Shown here one piece after another: positions 23,901 to 35,999 of a DNA stretch of 64,000 bases. This stretch comes from Felis catus. Lineage: Eukaryota. The translations under genes were made by a program, and so were the position numbers. The notes under the pieces were generated by a model, which saw nothing but the letters and a program-made list of their open reading frames with translations, ran no database searches and was not told the origin of the DNA. The stretch covers positions 105,710,001 through 105,774,000 of the forward strand of contig NC_058375.1 of assembly GCF_018350175.1 (NCBI RefSeq). Direction: 5' to 3'. Within the stretch, counting starts at the first letter, position 1. Each line of letters opens with the position of its first letter.

Positions 23901-25706
23901 TCCAGCCAGATGAAATCCAGCCATGGACATTGTGGATGAGGAAGACAAGTTGTGAGGCATTAAAAAAACTATTAATACAGCTATTAATAAAATAATGCTA
24001 GCCCTGAGCACTTAACCTCGGCCAACCACCATGTTAGCATTTTAGATGCCTCGTTTAATACAACCCTATAAGGGAAATACAGTAAAACTTAGTTTGCAAG
24101 CATAATTCATTCTGGAATGATGCTTGTAATCCAAAGCACTCGTATATTAAAGTGAATTTCAAGAACCATTGGCTCAGTTGTGATCAACTGATATTCAGTA
24201 TCACATACTATTTGTATCACAAGACATCGCTCATTTATCAAGTTAAAATTTATTAGAGGGGCACCTGGGTGGCTCAGTCGGTTAGGCATCCAACTTTGGC
24301 TCAGGTTATGATCCCCCACGGTTTGTGGGTTCAGGCCCCACATCTGTCTTTGTGCTGACAGCTCAGAGCCTGGAGCCTGCTTTGGATTCTGTGTCTCCCT
24401 CTTTCTCTGCCCCTCCCCTGCTCACGCTCCATCTCTCCATCTCTCTAAAGATAAACATTTTTTAATTAAAATTAAAAATAATGTTTGCTTATCTTGCCGC
24501 AAGGTTTTACTATACTAATATTGGCCCCACTTTACAGATGAGGAGTCTGAGGCTTAAAGCCATTAAGGAATTTGCCTAGTTTATTTGGCTAGGAAGTGGA
24601 AGGCACTGGGATTCAGATCCAGGTCTGTCCTACTCCAGAGCTGAACACAGTTCCTTCTTGGAAGGGCTGTAGGGCTGGCTAGCGCTCCCCTCTCGTTCCC
24701 GTGCCATACACTGTCCTGTCTGGAGCACTTACTCCATTTCTCCCAGCTTTTGGTATCATCCCTTCAAGGCTCTTCAGAAGCCACCTCAGCCGTCCCAGGT
24801 CACTGTCTCCGTTGACCACCCTCCGTGTCTGCTGGCCTGACCATGGCAACCATGATCATCAGCACCCAGAGGCAGCTCAGAGTTCAGACATAGATGCTTT
24901 AATGTTTATACGGTGCTCAGAACCGCATCTGGCACGTGCAAGTGTTTGCTATTCTTATCCCCCAACACTTACTCCCAGGGACCCAACTGCAGTCCCTTGG
25001 TCCTTAAAATTACTCTAAATTCTACATCCATAACAGGAACCTGCAAATAGATCAAGGTTCTTCTCAGAAAAAAGTGGGTGTATGGTTTCCCTCACAGTGG
25101 GACCTAGGCTTAGTTGTGGTGCAAATGGTGGGGATGGGGGAAGAGGTGTGGGGAACCACTGAACCAGCCCTGAACCTTTGTGGCATACCTAACAGTAATA
25201 GCAAACACACAGGCAGCACTTACCATGTGCCAGACCATGTTCTCGGCGCCTCATTTAATCCCTACATAACTCTGAGGCAGAATGCTATTTGCTCTCTTCA
25301 TTTTGCAGATGAGGAGACTGAGGCAAAGGAAGGTTAAACAATCTAACCAAGGTTGTGAGGCTAATGAGTCGCAGGGCAGGGATCCAAACCTGCTAAGGTT
25401 TGGTCTGGCTGAGAGTCCGTGCTCTTAACCACCAAATGACCGCACTGCCTCCAAGTGAAGGAAGCAGGGCCAGCAGCGCCCGTTCCCTCTACCTGTCTGC
25501 TTCCCCTGCTGGGTGTCTTCCTGTACCCTGGCCTCCTACACAGGGGTCTGGAGTGCAGAGCTCACCCAGCAGGGTGTCGGGCCAGGGCACTCACCTTGCA
25601 GGTCAGAGGTCAGCAGAGGGAGGGGGTCCTGGGGGAAGGCAGCCTGGGTATGGGGAAGCGAGAGCAGCAGGAGCAGCAAGGGCATGAAGCGGGGGGCACG
25701 GGGCAT
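16898..25706 (-). CDS. SEMA6C: Semaphorin-6C (multi-exon)
   Basis: Coding exons (minus): 25595-25706, ~23720-23834 (mostly in N gap), 23369-23432, 23154-23210, 22697-22798, 22401-22491, 22074-22193, 21805-21893, 21255-21472, 20836-20967, 20406-20558, 19994-20167, 19554-19700, 19229-19306, 19036-19091, 18820-18864, [cassette 18352-18447], 16898-17940. All visible boundaries are GT-AG and phases agree. Protein: signal peptide [28 protein letters not shown], Sema domain ([41 protein letters not shown]), PSI domain ([11 protein letters not shown]), TM segment ([25 protein letters not shown]), Pro-rich tail ending NGSHFHF*. Confidence 0.96.
18352..18447 (-). CDS. SEMA6C: SEMA6C alternative 96-nt cassette exon (32 aa juxtamembrane insert)
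   Basis: CAG acceptor (18448-50) and GTAAG donor (GT at 18350-51). Frame-preserving, phase 1-1, encodes [32 protein letters not shown]. Confidence 0.8.
24080..24512. mobile_element. TcMar/Tigger-like non-autonomous DNA transposon inserted in a MIR and interrupted by a Can-SINE (24258-24475)
   Basis: TA|CAGTAAAACTT...AAGGTTTTACTA|TA gives terminal inverted repeats with TA target duplication. MIR-like sequence lies on both sides (CCCACTTTACAGATGAGGAGTCTGAGGCT). Confidence 0.65.
25190..25440. mobile_element. MIR element
   Basis: MIR core CATTTTGCAGATGAGGAGACTGAGGC with flanking MIR motifs. Confidence 0.7.
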
Positions 25707-27479
25707 CCTGTGCGGGGCAGCTCAGGCCCCAGGGGGTGCCCCCTCACCCATATGCCGGCCCTGAAAGAGGAGACAGATAAAAGTGGGGGAAGGGGCCAGA
25801 TCCCTTCCCCCCTGGCCCAGGCGGGCTCCTCCCCTGGTCTGACCCTAGAGGACCCTGTGGGCCGGGGGAATCAACCCTTTCTCTGGCACTGCCTCGGTCC
25901 CAGCCAGCTGTCACTGTCACTCCAGGCCTTTCTCTCTCCAACTGGCCCAAACTGGCTGGCGTGAGACCTGCAGGCATGACCCCAGGTAAGGACAGGACAC
26001 GCCCGTTCCCCTTCCAAACCTCACACGGCCTCTTCTCCTTTCTTCTGAGCGGGCCTGGGACATTCGGTAGGTGACACCTCCCGGCCCCCCCTCTTACTAA
26101 CCCCTTCTCAGTTATAATTAGACACTGAAGCCTTAAAATTATAAATAGTGACTCCTTGGCACTGGAAGGAGGAAGAGGGCACCATGTCTGCCTCACCCTC
26201 CCTCACAGACCCGGACGGCACCCTGGGAGCCATTCAGGCGCTGTGCCCGGGGAAGAGGCAGCTGCGAGGAAGCCATCCCCTCTCTAGGGTTGGGGAAGGA
26301 CAGAGTGGGGGCAGGAAGCCTAGGGGTCGTTGTCTTAGTTTAAGTTCATGCCTCAAGGGCTCTTCTCTTTGCTAGGGAGAAGCTGGGTAGGGAGGGGTAT
26401 GGGGTGAGGTGGGGGGCTGCCTTAGCCAAAAATGCATCTGCATCAGAGCCAGATCAGAGGCTAAACTTAGCTCTGGCTGCAGCTGTCTGCCCGACCACTG
26501 TGCCCCCTCCCAGCCTCTCCAACCCCCTGCTCCCTCCCTGGCTCCCAAGAACCAGTGCAAGTACTTGATGAGGAGGAGCAGACGCCTATGAGGAGCCAGG
26601 GATGCAACTGGCTATACTGGTGATGAGAAATGGCTCAACACGTATGTCCCTCTTTCCCTTCCTTCCCTCTTCAGGCTGCCTCAAAATGGAAATATAAATA
26701 ATTCAACGACAGGCACAGGCAACGGTAGCCCAAAGTCCAGGAAAAGATGGATATGGTGAAAGCGTGGTGAGACTGCCCTTCCCACTCATCAGGCACCGCC
26801 AACCCCACCCCAGCTGACCCCGGTTGGGCCCCGCAGTGGGAGGTGTACTCCAGCTTCCTGCCCTCCCTCCCCTCAAACTGAAGCGAGGGGCTGAGTGGCT
26901 CCTGAAACCAGGTCGGGTGAGAATCCTTCCTTTCTGTGAATAGACAGCTATCCCTCACCAATCCTTAGTTGTTCATCCCACCATGTCCCCTTAAAGAACA
27001 GACCCTGGGTTTCCAAGCCCAGCCCATTCCATCTCCCCAAATCCACTCTTGGAGCCAGGACCCAAGTGTACCCCACCCCCAGTCCAGCGTCACTGGTGGG
27101 GAGGTTGACGTCAGATGGGGTCCCAAGAGGGCTGGAGGAGGGGAAGGGGTAGGAACATCTAATGATGACCCCCTCCCCAGGGGCAGAGCAGTCAGCTAGC
27201 TAACGACCCTCTGGTGCTGAAAGGCCAAGCCTCCCTAACCACCCCACCCCCATCCCCGGATGCTGGTGCTCCCAGGGGAAGAGAAAGAGACCCAGCCTGT
27301 CTCCTATCCTCCCCCTCCGGCTCCCTCCCCCCTCCAAGTTGCCCTGGGCAACTGGTATCTTCACCCAGGAAACAACTTTGGCCTCTGGCAAGTGGGGAGA
27401 ACAGCCAGACCCCTCTTCCTGCTTCCAGACCAGGCCAGTTTCCATCCCCTGCCTTCAGGAGCTGCTGCCCTTTCCTCAC

Positions 27480-27529
27480 CTGGGGTGGTGACTCCTGTGG
27501 GGGTTTGAGGGGGATAGGAAACCTGTGAC
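27480..27529 (-). other. SEMA6C: Candidate SEMA6C 5'UTR exon
   Basis: CAG|GTGAGG donor (GT at 27478-79) and a pyrimidine-rich ...CCATCAG acceptor at ~27530. Confidence 0.45.
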
Positions 27530-28649
27530 CTGATGGAAGAAGGGACAGGAGGGAAGAGGCTTAGCTAGACCTCCTTACCACATCCCTTAGAAGTAAATGT
27601 GAAAATTTAGGAGAAGTCTACTGAGGCTAGGGAAAGGGATGTGCGGCCCTGGAAAGGTGTGGGTGTGTTGTGAGGTGGGGTGGGGCGGGGTGTTGACAGT
27701 GAGCTAGATTACAGAGGTGCCGGCCGCTTCAAACCCAAAGATGTGAGGGCAGGGGCAGGGGCTGCCCCTAGCTGGAAACTCCTGGAACTGAAGGACCAGT
27801 CTTGGGGAAAAGGGTGACAGGGAGAGTTTGTGGGGCATGACGACCACTCCCACATTAAAACCCTCAGAATCCAGCAGCCTTCACCGAGAAAGCGCCCTAG
27901 CTGGGGACAATAGAGGCTAATTTGCATCTCATTTGCATGCTCTTCATTTCTAGGCAAAATGCTCCGATAGCAAACATCCCCAGCCCCTTCCTTCTTCCCT
28001 AAGAGAGCAGGTCCTGCCTCCCTCCTGCCCAGTGTCTCTGCACCCCACCCCCTGCCTTGGACTGGATTAGTCCAGCCTCTGAAAACACTTGGTTGGCCTT
28101 CGCATTGGCCCCCTAGACTTGTATGATATGTCTTTAAGAAGGCTTCCCACATTGGTTTTTGGAGGAGCAGCATCTGAGCAGTTCCCATCCCACCCAGGGC
28201 CTGGGGAAAGGCATCATACCCCCCATCTGAAGCAAATGGGGGAGGCCTGGCCAAACCTTTCTTCCCCTCCTAGGTCTTCTCTTTGCTGGGAGAGAAAACA
28301 GCTCTTCTCTCTCCTCCTGGCCCTACGGCCACCTCTGGGGAGTGGCCAGGGTCATGGCCAGAGTCACAACCAGAGTCAAGGCGGGTGGAGGGGGAGGCTG
28401 GGGAAGGGATGGAGAAGGGGAGACCGGGCTGGGGACAATAGCAGGAAGCTCTCAGGCTGGTCTCCCGCCCCAGTCCACCTTCCTCTGGGGGAGCAGACAG
28501 GAGGTAGAGGGGGTGGGGGGCGCGGTGAGGATCCTCGAGAAACAGGCTGAAGGCGCATTCCCTTCTCCAAGACATTTCTCCCACCCTCTGCCCCTGGTTC
28601 CGCACCTACTCTCCCTTCCACCCAACCCCCAACGAGGATAATCCAGGTG

Positions 28650-30200
28650 TTTAGAGCCTGGCATAAGATGGGCCCGCGGCCAGGGGCTCGACGTGTCTCC
28701 CCCTCACTGGATCTGGGGCTCCGANNNNNNNNNNNNNNNNNNNNNNNNNNNNNNNNNNNNNNNNNNNNNNNNNNNNNNNNNNNNNNNNNNNNNNNNNNNN
28801 NNNNNNNNNNNNNNNNNNNNNNNNNNNNNNNNNNNNNNNNNNNNNNNNNNNNNNNNNNNNNNNNNNNNNNNNGGGCCAGAGGCTGGGAACCAAAGAGAGC
28901 AGGCCTGCGGCCGGCGCTGAGCGGGGTCCGCCGGCTAAAGGTTCAGTCTCCAGCTAGGCTCTCCTCCTTGGGAGACTCTGGCCTAACAAAGCCCCGGGGC
29001 GAGTGGGGTGAAGAAAGGAGAAGGGCGCGGGGACTGTTGTTTCTCGGGGGCCCCCTTCCCCGACTCTGCCCCAGCCAACCTCCTGAGAGGTGCTCAGACT
29101 CCCGCTTGCACAAGGACAGAGGTGCAACCGTGACACCAAAGTCCGGAACGACGCGTCCCCCTTCCCATCCCTGCAGAGACATCGAGAGGAGGGTCCAGTT
29201 CTCCGCGGGTTTCGGAGCCTTAGTTTCCCTGCCCGGGAGTCAAGGCACCAGGGTTTCCACCCTCTGCACGGTGCGCGCCTCAGATAATCCCCTTTCGCGC
29301 TCCCCAATCCAGGGGACGCGACTCAGAGAAGCCCGGTGGGAAGAGGAGCCCAGACGCTGCGCCCAACAGTGCACTGACGGGGCTCGGCCACGGTCCCCTC
29401 CTCCCTCCAAGCACCCCAACTCCGCTGACCCTCTCCACCAGCCAGGCACACAGCGCGCTGGCACCCTCCCGGTTCCCTCTCGCACTTCGGAACGTTGTCC
29501 CCAGCTGCGGCGTCCCCCGTCCTCCTGGCCTCCCCTGCAGCCCCATCTCCCCAAGCTCCGGGGTACTTGCTCCGAGATCCGGGTCAGCGGGACCGAGATC
29601 GCAGCGGGCGGGCAGCAGCCCCGCACCACGCCGAGTTCGCAATCCGTGATTGGGGCTCTGGCGAGATGTGATGAGCGTCCGAATGGGATGGAGCCCGGAT
29701 CTGAGCTCCCGGCCGCTGTCGGGTCTGGCAAGCCGCGGGTCCCAGTCGCAGCCCCCACTCCCGCCGCGGCTCCGCGCAGGAAAACAATGCGACCGCCCGG
29801 GGCTCTGGGCCGGGCCCCAGCCGCCCCGCCCGCCTCCCGGCCGGCTCCGCCTCCCGCCCGCCTCTGGGCCTCCGCAACCAATCTGGCTCTCGGAAGCTGG
29901 CTGGACACCGCCTTCTCGACACCTCTTCACCAATAGTCCTCCTTGGGGGCGGGGCGTAAGGAGCACCGCCCACCGAGAGGGCCAGGTCGGGAGGCTGAGC
30001 CAGAGACCAAAGCCAGGCGCGAGATGGAGAAACCAGCGGACCATCGCCGAGACTCGTACGGAGGAGGGGGTCTCACGGAGAGGTCCTGGGAGAAATCTTA
30101 CAAGAGAGGAAGGAAGCGAAGCTGGAAGGAGAGACCGACGGGAAACCCGGAGACTCGGCTGGGCTGGACTGTCTGAGCCGCGCGACTCAACCTCCCTCCT
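28650..30200 (-). promoter_or_regulatory. SEMA6C: SEMA6C CpG-island promoter and probable non-coding exon 1
   Basis: CpG-rich region with CCAAT at 29878-82 and 29930-34, GC box GGGGCGGGGC at ~29946-55, and a candidate donor (CAA|GTACCC on -) near 29565. Confidence 0.7.
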
Positions 30201-31329
30201 TTCTCCCCAATGGCTTTGGCTACCTGGCTTCCACTTCGGGGGGGCTCTCCCCTCTGCCCCCAACCCTCTGTCCCTCCTCTCTACTGTTTTTACCTCGACC
30301 TCCTTGTTTCTTCCCATGTGCCTCCTCTGGTTCATGATGACCCCAATAAGGGAGGCCTAGCATGCGCTTGAGGGCTTGAGGCCTGGGAAAGGAAAGGAAG
30401 GTGTCACCAGGAGGTTTTCCTTGTCCCCATCATCTCCTCCCCTCTCACCCCTACTGTCAGAGCAGGATGGGCTTAGGCCACTAGGCCAGGAACTACAGAG
30501 CCAGGAAGCCAGGGTGGCTGGCAGTCAGGCTGTTGGGTTGATGGAAGAGGACAGGTGAGTGAGGCTCAAGCCAAAAGAGAGACGTGGAGATTGGGACAAA
30601 CTGACTCAGAGAATCACACAGAAAGAGGAGCAACATGGAGACTCCAAAAAGGGAAAGTGACCAGTGTCCCAGCCCCACGTATAGCCTTACTGGTCCCAGA
30701 CACAGGATTAGTGTTCCATCTTTCTTCAGAGGGCCCTGGACATTCCTTCGAATAGCAAAACTGCTTCTTCTCCAACCCCATCCTCCATAAAGACTCTTTG
30801 ATTCTGGGAAGGTCAGTGGGGAGGGAGAATGAGACTACTTCAGACAGCACTGCTTGGCTCCCACCTTGGTATCGCCTGCTAAGATTCTTCCCTGCGTGGG
30901 GGCTGGGACAAAAGACGTTCTCAAAATTCCCAGGATAGTGGGTGGCCTGGGAGACATTGGCATTCTTGGACAGTTTTATCTGAGTGGGCACCTCCTGCCC
31001 CCTACTCCCACATACTAGTCTCTGGACAAGAGGAAAGGAGGCACAAGGGTTTGCTGGTCTTTACTGAACTCCGATCAGGCTCACTGACTGGGCTAAGCCT
31101 CACAGTGAGTAAGCAAGAGATGTATCTCCCCAGCTTCTAACAAAGGACTTAGGTACTCAAATACATGCTCATTAAATAGGTTAGTGAATAGAGACTGAGG
31201 TGTAATTTATTTAAAGTTTTAGGGCCCAATTAAAATCTCAGTTCCATCTATAAAGTATTAAGCACTTATTTCATATACAATTCGCTGTGGGATGCAGTCC
31301 CAGTCTTTGAAGAAATGGCCATCTACCAT

Positions 31330-34001
31330 CCTACCAGAGCAGACCTAGCAGGGAGTGCCTCGCGATCCCCAGCCCATGTCACCCACAACTCCAGCCAGCC
31401 AGCAAAAGTCACCAGGCACATAGAGTCTACACAAGCGATGACCCATACCTAAGGCCATTCCTTCAAGTTTAGGAGAAGTAGCTGTTCCACTAATTCATAG
31501 AAACAAACACAGAAAGTCAAGCAAAATGAGGAGACAGAGGAATATGCTCTAATTGAAAGAATAAGATAAAACCTCAGAAAAAGGACTAAATGGAGATGAT
31601 CAATATTCATGTTAGAGTTTAAAGTAATGATCGACAAGAACACTAATCAAAGGGATACACAGACCCCTATGTTTATAGCAGCATTACTTNNNNNNNNNNN
31701 NNNNNNNNNNNNNNNNNNNNNNNNNNNNNNNNNNNNNNNNNNNNNNNNNNNNNNNNNNNNNNNNNNNNNNNNNNNNNNNNNNNNNNNNNNNNNNNNNNNN
31801 NNNNNNNNNNNNNNNNNNNNNNTAATGGAATATTATATATATATTATTTATATATATAAAATGGAATATTATTCAGCCATAAAAAGAATGGAATTTTGCT
31901 ATTTGCAATGACATGGATTGATCTAGAGAGTATAATGCTAAGAGAAATAAGTCTGAGAAAGACAAATACCATATGGTTTCACTCATATATGGAATTTAAG
32001 AAACAAAACAAGCAAAGGAAAAAAAAATAGAAGGAGATATCAAGAAGCAGACTCTTAATTATAGAGAACAAAATGGTGGTTATCAGAGAGGAGGTTGGGG
32101 TGGGGGGGGAAGAGGGGATGGGGATTAAGGAAGGCACTAGTTGGGGCGTCTGGGTGGCTCAGTTAGTTAAGCGTCTAACTCCGGCTCAGGTCATGATCTC
32201 ATGGTTCATAAGTTCAAGCCCTACATCAGGCTCTGTGCTGACAGCGCAGAGCCTGGAGCTTGCTTCAGATTCTGTGTCTCCCTCTCTCTCTGCCGCTTCC
32301 CCACTCACACTCTCTCTCTCAAAAGTAAACATTAAAAAAAATTTTTTTTTAAAAGGAAGGCACTAGTGATGAGCACCAAGTAATGTATAGAAATGTTGAA
32401 TCACTATATTGTACACCTGAAATTAATATTATACTGCATGTTAACTAACTGGAATTAAAATAAAAACTTTTAAAAAATAAAGCAATGGTTATAAAGATGC
32501 TCACTAGACTGGAGAGAAAAAATGGAGGAACTCAAAGAGAACTTCAACAAAGAGAAAATACACAAAATAATAAATCAGAGTTGAAAAATACAATAACTGA
32601 AATTAAATACACACTAAACGGAATCGACAGTAGATTAATGGATGCGGAAGAAGATCAGTGATCTGAAGGGTAGGATAATGGGAAGCACCCAAGCTGAACA
32701 GCAAAAAGGAAAGAATTTTTAAAATGAGGTAGGTTAAGGGACCTGTTGGATGGCATCAAGAGAATAAACATTTGCATTATAGGGGGTCTCAGAAGGAGAG
32801 GAGAGAAAGGGGCAGAACATTTATTTGAATAAATAATAGCTGAAAACTTCCTTAATCTAGGGAAGGAAATAGACATCCAGGTTCAGGAAGCAAAAAGAGT
32901 CCAAAATAAGATGAACCTTCGGAGATCCACACTAGACACATAATAATTAAAATGTCAAAGAGGGGCGCCTGGGTGGCTCAGGCGTCCAACTTCAGCTCAG
33001 GTCATGATCTCAGGGTCTGTGGGTTCGAGCCCCGCGTCAGGCTCTGTGCTGACAGCTCAGAGCCTGGAACCTGTTTCAGATTCTGTGTCTCCCTCTCTCT
33101 GACCCTCCCCCGTTCATGCTCTGTCTCTGTCTCAAAAATAAACATTTAAAATAAAATGTCAAAGATTATGGGGGGCCTGGGTGGCTCAGTCGGTTGAGCA
33201 TCCAACTTTGGCTCAAGTTATGATCTCACAGTTCATAAGTCTGAGCCCCGCATCAGGCTCTGTGCTGACAGCTCAGAGCCTGGAGCCTGCTTCAGATTCT
33301 GTGTCTCCCTCTCTCTCTGCCCCTTCCCTGCTCATGCTCTTTCTCTCTCAAAAACAAACATTAAAAAAATAAATAAAATAAAATGTCAAAGTTTAAACAT
33401 AAAGAAAGAATTTTAAAAGCAGCAAAAGAGAAGCAAAGTTATGTACAAGGGGAAACCCCTATCAGCTGATTTTTTTCAGTGGAAATTTTGCAGGCCAGAA
33501 GGGAGTGGCATGATATATTCAAAGTGCTGAAAGGAAAAAAACCTACAACCAAGAATACCCTACCCAGCAATGTGATCATTTAGAATTAGAGAAATAGGGG
33601 CGCCTGGGTGGCTCAGTTGGTTAAGCATCTGACTTCAGTGCAGGTTATGATCTCATAGTTCATGAGTTCAAGCCCCGTGTCAGGCTCTGTGCTGAAAGCT
33701 TGGAGCCTGGAGCCTCCTTGGGACTCTGTCTCCCTCTCTGCCCCTCCCCGGCTCATACTCTGTCTCTGTCTCCCTCTCAAAAATAAATAAAACATTAAAC
33801 AAATGTTTTTTTACATAGAAACAGAGAAATCGTTTCCCAGACAAAAGACATGTGTGTGTGTATATATATATATATATATGCACATACATACATATATACA
33901 TATAGTGAGGAGGAGGGACTAAAAAAGTTCTTTTTATTCTTTTATTTTAGAGAAAGAGAGAGAGAGCTTGAGTGAGGAGAAAGGGGCAGAGGGAGAGGGA
34001 A

Positions 34002-34042
<41 letters not shown>

Positions 34043-34730
34043 CTTAAGCAGGCTCCACAATCAACACAAGGGCCAATGTGGGGCTCAATCTCACCACCCA
34101 GGGATCACAACCCGAGCCAAAATCAAGAGTCAGACGCTCAGCCAACCAAGCCACCCAGGTGCCCCAAGAGAAGTTCTTTTTAGAATGTGTTTAAACTTAA
34201 ATGACCGTCAATATAGAATGCTATATATTTAGGATGTGATATAGAAGCCATGATATATCATGCTAATCACAAACCCAAAACCTGTAATAGATACACAAAA
34301 AAATGAAGAGAAAGAAAACCAAACAACGCTACATAAAATTCTCAATCACCAAAAGAAAAAAAAAAAAGAGGAGAAAGACAAATACTATATGATTTCACTT
34401 GTATGTAGAATCTAAAAACCAAACAAACGACAAGCAGAAACAGACCCATAAACACAGAGAACAAACTGATAGTTGCAAGAGGCAGAAGCGTTGGGGAACG
34501 GGCAAAATAGATGAAAAGGAGTGGGAGATACAAGCTTCCAGTTATAGAAAGAACAAGTCATGGGGACGAAAGAGACAGCATAGGGAATATAGTCAATGGC
34601 ATTGTATTAGCATTGTATGGTGACAGACACTTGTTTAAGCATAGCATAACCTACAAATTTGTTGAATCACTATGTTGAACATATGAAACTAATGTAACAT
34701 TGTGTGTTAACTATACTTCAATAAAAAGAA
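31330..34730 (+). mobile_element. Degenerate L1 5'/ORF1 region with nested carnivore L1 3' ends (31635-32480, 34370-34730) and five SINEs
   Basis: ORF1-like motifs (ATAATAGCTGAAAACTTCCTTAATCTAGGGAAGGAAATAGACATCCAGGTTCAGGAAGC, CAGGCCAGAAGGGAGTGGCATGATATATTCAAAGTGCTG) and L1 3'UTR motifs (AATGGAATATTATTCAGCCATAAAAAGAATG). Confidence 0.8.
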
Positions 34731-34734
34731 AGAG

Positions 34735-35320
34735 GGGCCACTGGGTGGCTCAGTTGGTTTAGCGTTTGACTCTTGATTTTGGCTCAGGTCAAGATCTCAT
34801 GGTTTGTGAGCTGGAACCCCATGTCAGACATCACATTGTCCGCAGGGAGCCTGCTTGGGATTCTCTTTCCCCCTCTCTCTCTGCACCTACCCTGCTCACA
34901 TACGTGTGCTCTTTCTCTTTCAAAGTAAATAAATAAATAAACATTTTAAAAAGTTTAAGGGACGCGAGGTGGCTCAGTCTGTTAAGTGTCCAACTTCTGC
35001 TTGGGTCACCATCTCACAGCTCGTGAGTTCGAGCCCCACATCGGGTTCTGTGCTGACAGCTCAGAGCCTGGAGCCTGCTTCGGATTCTGTGTCTCCCTCT
35101 CTCTCTGCCCCTCCCCCACTCACACCATCTCTTTCAAAAATAAAGAAACGTTAAAAAAACAATAACTTAAAAAAGAAAGAAAGGGAAAGAAAATACAAAG
35201 AAAATGTCAATTGGGGTGCCTGGCTGGCTCAGTCAGTGGAGCATGCAACTCTTGACCTCAGGGTTGCAGGTTTGAGCCCCATGTTGGGTGTAGAGATTAC
35301 TCTAAAATATTTGAAAAAGA
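34735..35320 (+). mobile_element. Three tandem Can-SINEs
   Basis: Heads at ~34735, 34958 and 35213. Confidence 0.8.
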
Positions 35321-35999
35321 AAATAGCCATCTATTGAGGTTACAATAAAACTTACATGCACTAAATGATTAAAATGCAATACCCATTCGAGAGAAAGAAA
35401 GAGAAAGAAAAAAGAGCTACATTGAATATAATTCTGAAATGAAAGAGACACAATAAATGTTCTTCATGATGACTGCAGGGAAAGCCATTGGATATATTTT
35501 ATCATGGAAGATGGAGAACTTTAGTGGGAGTCAGTTTGGTGCAAACGAAAGAAGAAAATGTTCTAAAGAGCAACTTAGCTTAAGTAAATTTGTACTTGGT
35601 AAGCCTGGAGCCTGAAGCATAGATAGCAAAACGCTGGGCAGGAGTGATGTAAGAAAGATACTAGTGACAATCAGAGTAAAGGGGAAGAGGGAGACAAATT
35701 ATGGAAGGCTTGGAATGCTAAAGTGAGTAGGTTAAAATAATCTGACAGGAATAGGATGTCATTTCAAGTTCTCAAATAAGGGTGTTCCTTATCAAAATGC
35801 TTTTATTTTAGCAAGGAGACAAGGAGACCTACCAGCAAGAAAATAGGGGGTTCAAGGTTGAGGGGAGAGAGGCATTCAGGTAAGGATGGTGACACTGGGT
35901 ATAGAAAGAAATGGATGAACCAGAGAGCTACATCAAAGGACAAATCCAAATGACTCTGTTCCTGCTTCTCGGGGTCTTACGGAGAAAATCCCACAGTCC

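Noticed and set aside
28647-30360. Long ORFs (429, 351, 236 and 222 aa) over the SEMA6C promoter
   Set aside because: CpG-island artefacts. One spans an N gap, and none has a recognisable motif.
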